Shown here piece by piece: positions 18,906 to 28,849 of a DNA stretch of 64,000 nt. Under the pieces are notes generated by a model. The model was not told the origin of the DNA. It did no database searches and saw nothing but the letters and a program-made list of their open reading frames with translations. The position numbers and the translations under genes are program-made. How positions within the stretch are numbered: the first letter of the stretch is position 1; each line of letters opens with the position of its first letter. The stretch spans positions 768,001-832,000 of the forward strand of contig CAWETW010000003.1 of the NCBI GenBank assembly GCA_963812155.1. The letters are read 5' to 3'. The DNA is from Vulcanimicrobiota bacterium (GTDB lineage Bacteria > Vulcanimicrobiota > Vulcanimicrobiia > Vulcanimicrobiales > Vulcanimicrobiaceae).

Positions 18906-21233
18906 GTGAAGTTCGTTTCTTTAGCCGCGGCGGCACTGGCCGCAGCGACGCTCGGCGCCGCGCCGCGTCCGGCACCGCTCATCGTCTACTCCGCTCCGGC
19001 CGGAAATCGTCCCGCCGGCGCGGATGCGATCGCGCCCGCCACGGCGATTCTTCCCAACGGACGCATCGCCTCGCCGGCCGGCCGCAGCATTTTCGTTGGA
19101 ACGAATCCGCTTGGCGTCGCGCTGACGCCGGACGGCCGATTTGCGGTCGTCAGCAACGGGGGGGGCGTGAGTGCGGCTCCGGCTGCGGCAAACGCTGCGG
19201 CTGGGCCGGTTCCGGGCTATTCGCTCGCGGTCGTCAACACCCAAACCATGAATCTCGTAAGCGTATATCACGATCCGTCGTCGGCATTTTTCAGGAGCGT
19301 GGCGGTGACGCGCGACCCGGCCGATCCATCGCGAACGATCGTGCTGGCGTCCGACGTCGCGCACGGCGCCGTGCGCGTCTTCGATCTCGATGCGAGCGGC
19401 ACGCTGCAACCCGAGGCGAACCCCATCTCGCTGGCCGCGTCGTCGCGGCACGCCTTCCCGGCAGGCATCGCAATCGCGGGAGGCGGCCGCACGGCCTACG
19501 TAGCCGACAGTTTCGGCAACGACGTGTCGCAAATCGACGTTGCATCGCGTTCGGTGCGGCGCACGGTGCCGGCCGGCGATTTTCCGCTCGACGTGGCCGC
19601 CGGCGGGGGCCGGGTTGCCGTGAGCGCCGGCGGCCTCTCGACGTACGCGGCGATCGACCCGCCGGTGCCGCAGCCGCGGTTCGTACCGCCGGCCTTCGAC
19701 CCGTTCAAGGCGTCCTCGCTCTTCGTTTTCGATGCGTCCGGCTCGGCGGCCGATCCCATGACCGTGCCGATGGATCCGGCTCCCGACGGCAATAAGAACG
19801 TCGGCGGCGCCGATCCCGGCGCGATTGCGATTCGCCGCGACGGAACGCTGGCGTACGTAGCGCTCGCGAACGTCGATCGCATTGCGGTCGTATCACTCGC
19901 CGGAACGCCGCGCGTGGTGCGCGGCCTGGATCTGCGTCTCTTTCCGGACGCGCCCTACGGCGCGCAACCCAGCGCCGTCGTGCTGAGCTCGGATCAGAAG
20001 CGACTCTACGTCGCATTGGCCGGACTCAATGCCGTTGCGGTGCTCGATGCGCGCGCGCCGTCGCGCTACCGGTACGGACTGATCCCGACGGGATGGTATC
20101 CCACGGCGATGGCGCTTTCGCCGAACGGCCGCTTTCTCTACGTCACCGGCGCAAAGGGCGTCGACGGTTGGGGCGTTTTGACGCGCATCGACCTCAAGCA
20201 CACGTCGCTGGTGAAAGCGACGATGAACACCCTGCGTTACAATCGCACGGCATCGGTGGCGAAGTTCAACGCGGTCGTGCCGCCGCTGCGGTCGGGGAAA
20301 CGCAGTACGGCAATCGATCGCGTCGTCTACGTCGCGATCGGGACGCAGACGTACGATGCGATGCTAGGCGACCTTCGGGACTCGACCGGAAGCGCGATCG
20401 GCAACGGCAATCCGGCGTACGCGCAATATCCGGAGAACGTGACGCCGAATCTCCACGCATTGGCGCGCACCTACGCGCTGGCCGACAACTTCTACGCCGC
20501 GGATCCCGACGCCGCCATCGCACGCCTCTTCGCAATCGGCGGCGACGCGTCGCTCTACACCCAACTCACCGCGCCGCTGCGCGCGTTGCGCGCGCCCTTC
20601 GATGGCGAGGGCAGCGACCCCGAAGACTACGCGCGTGCAGGCTATCTCTTCAACGCGTTCGCTCGTGCCGGGCTTTCGTTTCGCGACTACGGCGGCTTGT
20701 TGCAGATGTCGGGTTATGCGGGCGGACTCTATCATATGGACGTTCCCGCCCTGGCAGCGCTCGGCGGCAACGCCGATCCGAACTATACCGGCGATGCGGC
20801 GCACCGCGCACAAGAGTTCGTGCGCGACATGCAGCGCTACGCCGGCGAGGGGCAGATGCCGAGTTACACGTACGTGTGGCTGCCGGCTCCGAACGTTGCG
20901 GGTGCAGCCGCCGATGCCGATCGCGCGCTCGGAACGATCGTCGAATACCTTTCGAGCGCATCGAACTGGAGCTCGACGGCGATTTTCATCGTTCCCGAAA
21001 GCGTGGCCGGGGTCGACCACGTCAACGCGATGCGCAGCTACTGCGTCGTCGTTTCGCCGATCGCGCGAAAAGGGTACGTCGGGCACGCCCACCTTTCCGT
21101 TCCCAGCGTCGTGAAGACCGAAGAGGAAATTTTCGGCTTGCCTCCACTGGGCTTGAACGACTTGCTCGCCACCGACATGGCCGACTTCTTCACAGATGCG
21201 CCGGATCCGCAACCGTACCGTGCGATTCGGTAG
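18906..21233 (+). CDS. Secreted YVTN beta-propeller / phosphoesterase-like fusion protein
   Basis: Signal peptide, LPNGRIASPAG, propeller repeats (LYVALAGLNAVAV, IPTGWYPT), VTPNLHALA...LADNFY. Confidence 0.75.
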   Translation: MKFVSLAAAALAAATLGAAPRPAPLIVYSAPAGNRPAGADAIAPATAILPNGRIASPAGRSIFVGTNPLGVALTPDGRFAVVSNGGGVSAAPAAANAAAGPVPGYSLAVVNTQTMNLVSVYHDPSSAFFRSVAVTRDPADPSRTIVLASDVAHGAVRVFDLDASGTLQPEANPISLAASSRHAFPAGIAIAGGGRTAYVADSFGNDVSQIDVASRSVRRTVPAGDFPLDVAAGGGRVAVSAGGLSTYAAIDPPVPQPRFVPPAFDPFKASSLFVFDASGSAADPMTVPMDPAPDGNKNVGGADPGAIAIRRDGTLAYVALANVDRIAVVSLAGTPRVVRGLDLRLFPDAPYGAQPSAVVLSSDQKRLYVALAGLNAVAVLDARAPSRYRYGLIPTGWYPTAMALSPNGRFLYVTGAKGVDGWGVLTRIDLKHTSLVKATMNTLRYNRTASVAKFNAVVPPLRSGKRSTAIDRVVYVAIGTQTYDAMLGDLRDSTGSAIGNGNPAYAQYPENVTPNLHALARTYALADNFYAADPDAAIARLFAIGGDASLYTQLTAPLRALRAPFDGEGSDPEDYARAGYLFNAFARAGLSFRDYGGLLQMSGYAGGLYHMDVPALAALGGNADPNYTGDAAHRAQEFVRDMQRYAGEGQMPSYTYVWLPAPNVAGAAADADRALGTIVEYLSSASNWSSTAIFIVPESVAGVDHVNAMRSYCVVVSPIARKGYVGHAHLSVPSVVKTEEEIFGLPPLGLNDLLATDMADFFTDAPDPQPYRAIR

Positions 21234-21304
21234 GAACACTCGGCAGACCGCCGGCGCGTCTGAAGGGCCGCCGCGTACCTCTCCCGGAATGGAGTCACGT
21301 ATAG

Positions 21305-22139
21305 ATGGCACACGGTAGCGTGCATTTCGGACCGCGGCTGGTCGGTTCGCCCACCGGACGATTGCGTACGGCGCTGCTGGTAGCGCCCAACGCGAGCATC
21401 GAACGCGCGCGCCCGTTGGCCGCCGAGCCCGGCACCGTCTTCGCGCGGGCCGTAGAACAGCATGCCGTCTTGCAAAAAACGCTGCGCTATTACGGCGTCG
21501 AGACCATCGTTCTCGATCCGCACGGGAACGATCCGTACGAAACATCCGCAGCGGACCGCGCCGTGGTCTTTGAGGACGGTGCAACCGTCATGCGTCCGTC
21601 GGCGATGGGACGGCGCGCCGAAGCGGATCGCATCGAAGCCGAGTTCGCGCGGCTCGACGTGCCGATCGCCGGACATATCGTCGCGCCGGGGCTGCTCGAC
21701 GGAACCGACGTGCTGCTGGCCGGTAAAACCGCATTCATTGGGCGCCGGCACGCGCGGCAACGAGCTCGGACGCAGCGGATTCGCACAAATCGCCCGCGCG
21801 CACGGCTACGCCGTCGCAGAGGTTGCTTTGGCACCCGACGTGCCTTCGTTGCGCGCGGTCGCGGGCGCGGTTTCGAGCGATACGATCGTGCTCGCCGCCG
21901 GCAAAGTCGATCCGGCGCCGTTCGCAGGCTTTAAAACGATCGTGCTGGAGCTTGGTGAAGAACTGGCCGCCGGCGTGCTCTGCCTTGACGACGGCCACGT
22001 GATCGCGGACATTCGATTCCGAACCGCGCTGCGGGCGATGCGCCGGGCGGGCATCGTAGTCGACGCGATCGATCTCTACGATTTCTACAAAATCGGCATT
22101 ACGCCATCGATGTTGGTCCTTGCCCTCAAACGCGATTGA
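21305..22139 (+). CDS. Amidinotransferase / arginine deiminase-DDAH fold protein, frameshifted near 21740
   Basis: SPTGRLRTALL, AVEQH, RRAEA, LDGTDV, G.RGNELG, C-terminal LKRD. Confidence 0.7.
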
Positions 22140-22158
22140 GGGAGCGGCCAACCGCGCG

Positions 22159-22888
22159 ATGCGGCTCGCCGTCCTTTCCGACATCCACGGCAATCTGATC
22201 GGTCTCGACGCGTGTTTGGCCGACCTGGATTCGCAGGGCGGCGCAGACGTCATCGTGGCCGCCGGCGATCTTTGCCTCGACGGGCCGAAGCCGAAAAAGG
22301 TGCTGCAGCGCCTCGAGCAACTGAAAGTCTCGTGCATTCGCGGAAATACCGACCGCTATCTCGCCGATCCGTCGAACGAAACGTTCGAACCGATCGAGGA
22401 GGCGCAACTCGCATGGACGCGCCAGGACCTCGGCGAGAAATGGGTCAACTGGCTCGGCGAGCTGCCGTTTGCGCTGCGCGTCGGTGACGACGACAATCAG
22501 CTGCTCATCGTGCATGCGAATCCTAGAACGGACGACGAACACCTCTGGCCGGATGCCGACGAAGCGACGCTCGAGCGGCTGATCGGCGACGAATCGCGCG
22601 ACGGCGATCGCGTTCGGCCACCTGCACCTTCCCTACGTGCGCATGTGGCGAGGCAAGCTGCTGGTCAACGTCGCCTCGGCCGGCCTCCCGAAGGACGGCG
22701 ATCCGCGCGCCTGCTACGCGATTTTTACCGAGCGCGACGGCGGCTGGCAGGTCAAGCACCGCCGCGTTCCTTTCGACGTGAAGAAAGTTGCAACCCAACT
22801 CGCCGATTGCGGGATTCCGGGTAGCGACGAACTCATCGCTACGCTGCGGCATCATCGGTACAAACGGTTAAAGTCGCACATTCCCTAA
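22159..22888 (+). CDS. Metallophosphoesterase family protein, frameshifted near 22595
   Basis: LSDIHGN, AGDL, RGNTD, VHA, FGHLH, VNVASAG. Confidence 0.87.
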
Positions 22889-23634
22889 TCGCAGATGCGG
22901 CACCGGTCGCGGGCGCACCGGCCATCGACGTTCGCGGCTTGGTCAAGCGCTACGGCGACTTCACGGCCGTCGACGACATCTCGCTGCGCGTCGAAGCGGG
23001 CGAGTTCTTTGGATTTCTCGGGCCCAACGGCGCCGGCAAGACGACGACGATCAATGCGATCGTCGGTCTCGCGCGCAGAAGCGCCGGCACGATATCCGAT
23101 TCTCGGACACGACAACGAGACGCAGTGGCGCGAGGCGCGCCGCTTCGTCGGCCTGTCGCCGCAGGAGTACAACTTCGACCGTTATCTCTCGATTCGCGAC
23201 GTGCTCATCTTACGCGGCCGGCTATTTCGGACTGCGCGGTCCGGACGTCAACGATCGCGCCGACATGCTGCTCGAGCGATTCGGGCTTACCTCGAAGGCC
23301 AAGGTCGAATACACGCGGCTCTCCGGCGGCAGAAGCGGCGCTTGACGCTGGCGCGCGCGCTGATCCATCGAGCCGAAGCTGCTGATTCTCGACGAGCCGA
23401 CCGCCGGCGTCGACGTCGAGTTGCGGCTCGAACTGTGGGACCTGCTGCGCGAGCTCAACGCCGACGGGCTGACGATCTTTCTGACGACGCACTATTTGGA
23501 AGAAGCCGAAGAACTCTGCAAACGGATCGCGATCATTCGCGCGGGCCGCATCGTCGCCGAGAAGCCGACGCACGAGCTCGTCGCCGACGGGTGCGTCGCT
23601 GCAAGACGTCTTTCTGGAGTTGACCCGCAGTTGA
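22888..23634 (+). CDS. ABC transporter ATP-binding protein (YadG-like), multiple frameshifts
   Basis: GPNGAGKTT (Walker A), [17 protein letters not shown] and [10 protein letters not shown], found in different frames. Confidence 0.85.
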
Positions 23635-24403
23635 ACTCGGATCGCGCTCATCACGCTGACGCGGACGCTGATCAAGCGCGAGATGACCGCCTGAAGATCA
23701 TCAACCAGGTGATCTGGCCGCCGGTGATCACGACGCTGCTCTACGTGTTCGTCTTCGGGTTTGCGCTCGGCAGCCGGATTCAAACCGTGCAGGGCGTCAG
23801 CTACGCGCAGTTCCTGATTCCCGGGCTCATCATGCTGCAGGTCATCGACTCGTCGTACGGCGAGTGTTCGAGTTCGATCTTCCAAGGCGCGCTTCATGAA
23901 CTCGATTCAGGAGATGCTGATCGCGCCGATGTCGGCCTTGGAAATCGTCGCCGGCTACATGCTCGGCAGTCTCGCGCGCTCGCTGCTGATTGCGGGCTTG
24001 ATCACGCTCCTCGGTGTGGTGCTGGTGCGGGCCGTGCCCCAGGACTGGACGCTCTTTCTCGCCGTGATTTGCATCGTGTCCGATGCTCTTTTCGGCGCTC
24101 GGCCTTATCTTCGGACTGTTCGCGGAGAAGTTCGATCATATCGCGATTCTCACGACGTTCGTCATTACGCCGCTCACGTTGGTCGGCGGCGTCTTCACGT
24201 CGGCGACGATGCTGCCGCCAAACCTGCGCACGTTCGAACTCTTCAATCCGATTTTTTACACGATCGACGCGTTTCGCCGCAGTTACACCGGCGAAAGCTA
24301 CCTCGTCCCGGAACTCTCGGTGGCGGCGATCGTCGCACTGGCCGTGCTCGCCCTGGCCGTCGTGCTGCGGATGGTCGCATCGGGATATAAGTTGCGCACG
24401 TGA
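23631..24403 (+). CDS. ABC-2 type permease (YadH-like), multiple frameshifts
   Basis: PPVITTLLYVFVFG, YAQFLIPGL, ITPLTLVGGVF, FNPIFYTIDAFR, GYKLR. Confidence 0.85.
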
Positions 24404-24413
24404 GGACGCGCGA

Positions 24414-24770
24414 GTGATCGCCGCGCTGACGCTGGCGGCGACGATGGCCGTGTCGACCCGCTTGAGGCTGGAGGCATGGACGGGCGGCAACGTTGCCACC
24501 GCGACCGCTACGGCGGTGAAGTATCGTCTGCACGTCTACGGCGCGCCCCATGCAAAACTCACGCTGCGAGCGGACGGGCTCGCGCCGGGATGGCTCGCGG
24601 CGTTCTGCACCGCGAGGTACTGCTCGCCCATGCGCGTCGACGTCACGCTTCCGGCGAAGGGCGAAGCGGTCTTCCAGTTCGAATTGATTCGAGAAGAGAC
24701 GAGTGCGCCCGCACGTACTGGCGGACGCATTACCAGCGGCGACGGCGCCGCCGTTTCGCTGCCGCCTTAA
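24414..24770 (+). CDS. Small secreted hypothetical protein with two cysteines (FCTARYCSP)
   Basis: GTG start after GAGG, hydrophobic N-terminus, fills the intergenic gap. Confidence 0.55.
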   Translation: MIAALTLAATMAVSTRLRLEAWTGGNVATATATAVKYRLHVYGAPHAKLTLRADGLAPGWLAAFCTARYCSPMRVDVTLPAKGEAVFQFELIREETSAPARTGGRITSGDGAAVSLPP

Positions 24771-25603
24771 AAGAAGGGGTTGTGCGCTTTTTCGAGCGCA
24801 ATCGTCGTCGGCGGCCCGTGCCCGGGCATTACGACGGTCTCGCCGGGCAGCGTGAAGAGTTTGCTGCGAACGCTGTTGAGAATGTCCGCGTACGTGCTGA
24901 CGTCGCCGACCGCGCCGCCGACGCTAGCCGCGAACAGCGTGTCGCCGGTGAAAACCGTGGATTTGAAGACGAAGGACGATGATCCGTCGGTGTGCCCCGG
25001 CGTATGCAGCATGCGAATGCGCACCTCGTCTCCGAAGGGTAAATCGTCGCCGTCTTTCACCGGCAGGGCCTTTGCGGCGAGCGAACCGATGGCGTGGGAA
25101 TCGAGGGCGTGCATGACGATCTTCGCCTGCGGGAAGGCTGCGGCGACGGCGCCGGTCGCGTCGCAATGATCGAGATGTTTGTGCGTGATGAGGATATACT
25201 CGAGATGGTAGTCGCCGTCGCGCAGTATGCGGAAGAGGTTCCCGGGAATGCCGGCGGGATCGACGAGCGCAGCGCGCCTTCCGCCCTCGAGAAAGAACAC
25301 ATATCCGTTGCTCGGGTGCGGCTTTTGGGGATGGTGGCGCACGTCGGGTAGCGAGATCGCCGGCGGCGTCCATCGCGAGAGCGCCGAGTCGGCGAACTTT
25401 CCGGGGTCGAGCTTGAGGATCGGAGCGATCGCGCGCGCCTGCGCTTCGGCGGCCGTACCCTCGTCCTTGGTCCACTGCGCGAGCGTCCGCGCATCGATGC
25501 CCGTAGCGGCCGCGAGCCGCGCCGCGTCGACGCCGTTGCCGAGCATTGCCTTGCGAAGCACGTCGCCGAAGGTGTCTTCCAACGGTATCGGTTGGGTTTC
25601 CAT
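24767..25603 (-). CDS. MBL-fold metallo-hydrolase (glyoxalase II-like) with an N-terminal HTH-like domain
   Basis: THKHLDH, TPGHT, FTGDTLF, PGHGP, EKAHNPF. Confidence 0.87.
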   Translation of the reverse strand: METQPIPLEDTFGDVLRKAMLGNGVDAARLAAATGIDARTLAQWTKDEGTAAEAQARAIAPILKLDPGKFADSALSRWTPPAISLPDVRHHPQKPHPSNGYVFFLEGGRRAALVDPAGIPGNLFRILRDGDYHLEYILITHKHLDHCDATGAVAAAFPQAKIVMHALDSHAIGSLAAKALPVKDGDDLPFGDEVRIRMLHTPGHTDGSSSFVFKSTVFTGDTLFAASVGGAVGDVSTYADILNSVRSKLFTLPGETVVMPGHGPPTTIALEKAHNPFF

Positions 25604-25678
25604 ACGCGGCCGCTTCGACGTTGCGGCCGTGAGGTTCTTGCAACCGGAGCGCGCAGCGGTCCGGTCGAAGGCAGGAGC

Positions 25679-26614
25679 ATGGAACGCGTCGTCATCATCG
25701 GGTCCGGGCCGGCCGGACTTACCGCCGCCGTCTATGCGGCGCGGGCCAACCTTTCGCCGCTGGTCTTAGCGGGCGGCCTCTACGGCGGGCAGCTCATGCT
25801 GACGACCGAGGTTGAAAACTATCCCGGCTTCCCCGAGGGCATTCTGGGACCGGATCTGATGGAACGCTTCCGTCAGCAAGCCGAACGCTTCGGCGCGCGC
25901 ATCGAAAACATCGATGCGACGGCGGTCGATTTCTCCAAGACGCCGCTGGTCGTGCGCAGCGCGGACGCCGAGTACGAAACGAAGACGGTAATCGTTGCGA
26001 CCGGCGCGAGCGCGCGCTGGCTCGAGATCCCGGGCGAAGCGCGCTTGCGCGGGCGCGGCGTTTCGACCTGCGCGACCTGCGACGGCGCCTTCTTTCGCGA
26101 CAAGCACATCGTCGTGGTCGGAGGCGGCGACTCGGCGATGGAAGAGGCGCTCTTTCTCACGCGCTTCGGAAGGCGCGTCACGGTGATGCATCGCCGCGGC
26201 TCGCTGCGCGCCAGCAAAATTATGGCCGACCGGGCACACGCGCACGAGAAGATCGATTTCATGTGGCATACGGTCGTCGAAGAAGTACTCGGCGAGACGC
26301 ACGTGCGCGGGCTTCGCGTCCGCAACCTCATCGACGATAACGCTTTCGATTTCGATGCCGACGCGCTGTTCATCGCGATCGGCCATACGCCCAATACCGC
26401 GATTTTCGACGGGCAACTGGATCTCGACTCCGCCGGTTACATCATTTCGCCCGATGGCGTTTGCACGAACGTCGAAGGCGTCTTCGTCGCGGGCGACGTC
26501 AACGACGTGCGCTACAAGCAGGCCGTCACCGCCGCAGCGGCCGGCTGCCGCGCCGCGATGGACGCCGAGAAGCACCTCGAGGCGATGGAGTTCGCCGTCT
26601 CAGCCTCCGTTTAG
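25679..26614 (+). CDS. trxB: Thioredoxin-disulfide reductase
   Basis: IIGSGPAG, VENYPGF, CATCDG, GGGDSA, AIGHTPNT. Confidence 0.95.
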   Translation: MERVVIIGSGPAGLTAAVYAARANLSPLVLAGGLYGGQLMLTTEVENYPGFPEGILGPDLMERFRQQAERFGARIENIDATAVDFSKTPLVVRSADAEYETKTVIVATGASARWLEIPGEARLRGRGVSTCATCDGAFFRDKHIVVVGGGDSAMEEALFLTRFGRRVTVMHRRGSLRASKIMADRAHAHEKIDFMWHTVVEEVLGETHVRGLRVRNLIDDNAFDFDADALFIAIGHTPNTAIFDGQLDLDSAGYIISPDGVCTNVEGVFVAGDVNDVRYKQAVTAAAAGCRAAMDAEKHLEAMEFAVSASV

Positions 26615-27454
26615 GATATTCTCGAGAGCGGCGTCGAGGTGTGGGTAGGCAAATGCGAATCCGCGCTCGGCGACGATGCGCTCGGGCAAAACGCGCTGCC
26701 CCGTCGTGACGACCGAAGCGCCCTCGCCGAGAACGAGTTTCAGGGCGAAGACCGGCGCGGGTAACGACGTTGGACGGTGCAGTACAGCGCCGAGCGCCTG
26801 GGTGAACTCGGCGTTGGTCACCGGATTGGGTGCGACTGCATTATACGGACCATCGCCTCCGTCGAGCACGGCGAGGTAGATTCCGCTGAGATCGTCGACG
26901 TGGATCCAGGAGTACCATTGACGTCCGGTCCCGACGATTCCACCGAGGCCGAGCCGGAACGGCGGCAGTATTTTTGCGAGCGCGCCGCCGTCGTTGCCCA
27001 GCGCGAGGCCCGTTCGCACCATTGCGGCGCGCATGCCGAGATCGCGCGCGCTTGCGGCTTGACGTTCCCAGGCATCGCAGACCTGCGCTAAAAAGTCCGC
27101 GCCGGGCGGATTCTCCTCGACGAACGTTTCCGTTTCGCTCGGGCCGTAGTAGCCGATCGCCGATGCCGAAACGTAGGTCTTCGGAGCGCGCGGCTCGACG
27201 CGCGACAGCGCGTCGAGAAAACGCCGCGGCAGATCGGTGCGGCTGTAGAGCATCGCACGTTTGGAAGCGTCGCTCCAGCGCTGTGCGACCGGCTCGCCGG
27301 CCAGATTGACGATCGCGTCGCATTCGGCGGCAACGGCGGCGGCCGCAACCGGGTCGCGCAGTGACGCGGCGGTGACGGTATCGCCGCGCGCCTGGAGCCG
27401 CGACTCGAGGTGACGCCCGACGAACCCGGAGGCGCCCAGAATGCAAACGTTCAC
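26600..27454 (-). CDS. TIGR01777 family epimerase/oxidoreductase
   Basis: GASGFVG, NLAGEP, SASAIGYYG, GRQWYSWIHVDD. Confidence 0.9.
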   Translation of the reverse strand: MNVCILGASGFVGRHLESRLQARGDTVTAASLRDPVAAAAVAAECDAIVNLAGEPVAQRWSDASKRAMLYSRTDLPRRFLDALSRVEPRAPKTYVSASAIGYYGPSETETFVEENPPGADFLAQVCDAWERQAASARDLGMRAAMVRTGLALGNDGGALAKILPPFRLGLGGIVGTGRQWYSWIHVDDLSGIYLAVLDGGDGPYNAVAPNPVTNAEFTQALGAVLHRPTSLPAPVFALKLVLGEGASVVTTGQRVLPERIVAERGFAFAYPHLDAALENILNGG

Positions 27455-28776
27455 GAAACGGCGGCGGCTTGTGGTACTCCCGAACCGACGATTGCTTCGA
27501 TGTCAACGATGCTCTTCGGAATGGCCGCCGTGAGATTTTCGTTTCCGTCGGTCGTGACGAGCACGTCGTCTTCGATGCGAACGCCGATGCCCTTGAAGCG
27601 TTCGTCGCAATCGAGATCGCGGCGCACGTAAATGCCGGGCTCGACGGTCGTGACCATGCCGGAGCGAAACGCGACGGGCTTGTCGTCGCCGTCTCGATAG
27701 GCTCCGGCATCGTGCACGTCGAGCCCGAGCCAATGCCCCGTGCCGTGCATGAAGTAATCTTTGTACTTCTCAGTTTCGATATTTTCGTCGACCGAACCGC
27801 GGAGCAAGCCGACGTCTACAAGTCCCTCGGTCACGGTTCGAACGGCGGCGTCGTGAAACTCGTTGCGGGGGACGCCGGGGCGGACCCGGTCGAGCGCGGA
27901 CTCGACCGCCGCAAGCACGATGTCGTAGATCGCGCGCTGCTCGGAGGTAAAGCGCCCGCTTACCGGCCACGTGCGCGTGACGTCGCTTGCATAGCAATCG
28001 AGTTCGCATCCGGAGTCGATCAGCAGAAGGGCGCCCGCTTCGAGGCGGTCGCGGTTGGCGTCGTAATGCAGCGTCGTCGCATTGTCGCCGGCCGCGACGA
28101 TCGACGTATAGGCGACGCCTTGCGCGCCCGCACGCCGGTACTCGCCTTCGAGAACGGACTGAATTTCGTATTCGAATGCGCCGGGCTGCGTGTGGCGCAT
28201 CGCTGCGAGATGTCCGCTGCGCGTAATCGCGGCGGCGCGGCGAAGAATCGCGATTTCCTCGGCGGTCTTGATGAGTCGCATTTCGCCAAGCACGAGCGAC
28301 GGTTCGGCGATGGTCTGCGGCGCGTGCCCCTTCCTGTGCGCGAGCGTACGCGCTTCGTCGAGCGCTTGACGCACGGCGTAGTCCGCGTGCGCGTCGCTTC
28401 CGAAGGCATAGTGCAGCGTCGCGGCACCGGTGAGCAGTTGCGGCAACCGCTGCGCGAGTTCGTCGATGGGGTACGCTGCGTCGACGCCGAGCATTTCCAC
28501 GGCCCGTTCCTCGCCGAGGCGAGCACCGTCCCAGATCTCGCGCGCGCGGTCGCGCTTGCGCAAGAAGAGTATGCAGCGTTCGCCGTCGCGTGCGGGAGCG
28601 AGCACGAGCATCGCGTCGGGCTCCGCAAATCCGGTCAGGTAGTAGAAGTCGGAGTCTTGCCGGAACGGGAACGAGGAGTCGCCGTTACGCAGGATCGTTT
28701 TCGCCGAAGGAATGACGGCGACGCCGCCGTCGAACGCGGCGAGCGCGCGCTCGCGCCGTTGCGCATAAACTTGCAT
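27451..28776 (-). CDS. pepP: Xaa-Pro aminopeptidase P
   Basis: FRQDSDFYYLTGF, YASDVTRT, HGTGHWLGLDVHD, TVEPGIY, GVRIEDD. Confidence 0.92.
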   Translation of the reverse strand: MQVYAQRRERALAAFDGGVAVIPSAKTILRNGDSSFPFRQDSDFYYLTGFAEPDAMLVLAPARDGERCILFLRKRDRAREIWDGARLGEERAVEMLGVDAAYPIDELAQRLPQLLTGAATLHYAFGSDAHADYAVRQALDEARTLAHRKGHAPQTIAEPSLVLGEMRLIKTAEEIAILRRAAAITRSGHLAAMRHTQPGAFEYEIQSVLEGEYRRAGAQGVAYTSIVAAGDNATTLHYDANRDRLEAGALLLIDSGCELDCYASDVTRTWPVSGRFTSEQRAIYDIVLAAVESALDRVRPGVPRNEFHDAAVRTVTEGLVDVGLLRGSVDENIETEKYKDYFMHGTGHWLGLDVHDAGAYRDGDDKPVAFRSGMVTTVEPGIYVRRDLDCDERFKGIGVRIEDDVLVTTDGNENLTAAIPKSIVDIEAIVGSGVPQAAAVS

Positions 28777-28849
28777 CTGCGCGCCTTCTAGCGGCGGCAC
28801 GTAGCGCCCTCGTCGGCACGGGTGCGGCCGGGTGACGCCGGCTACGACA

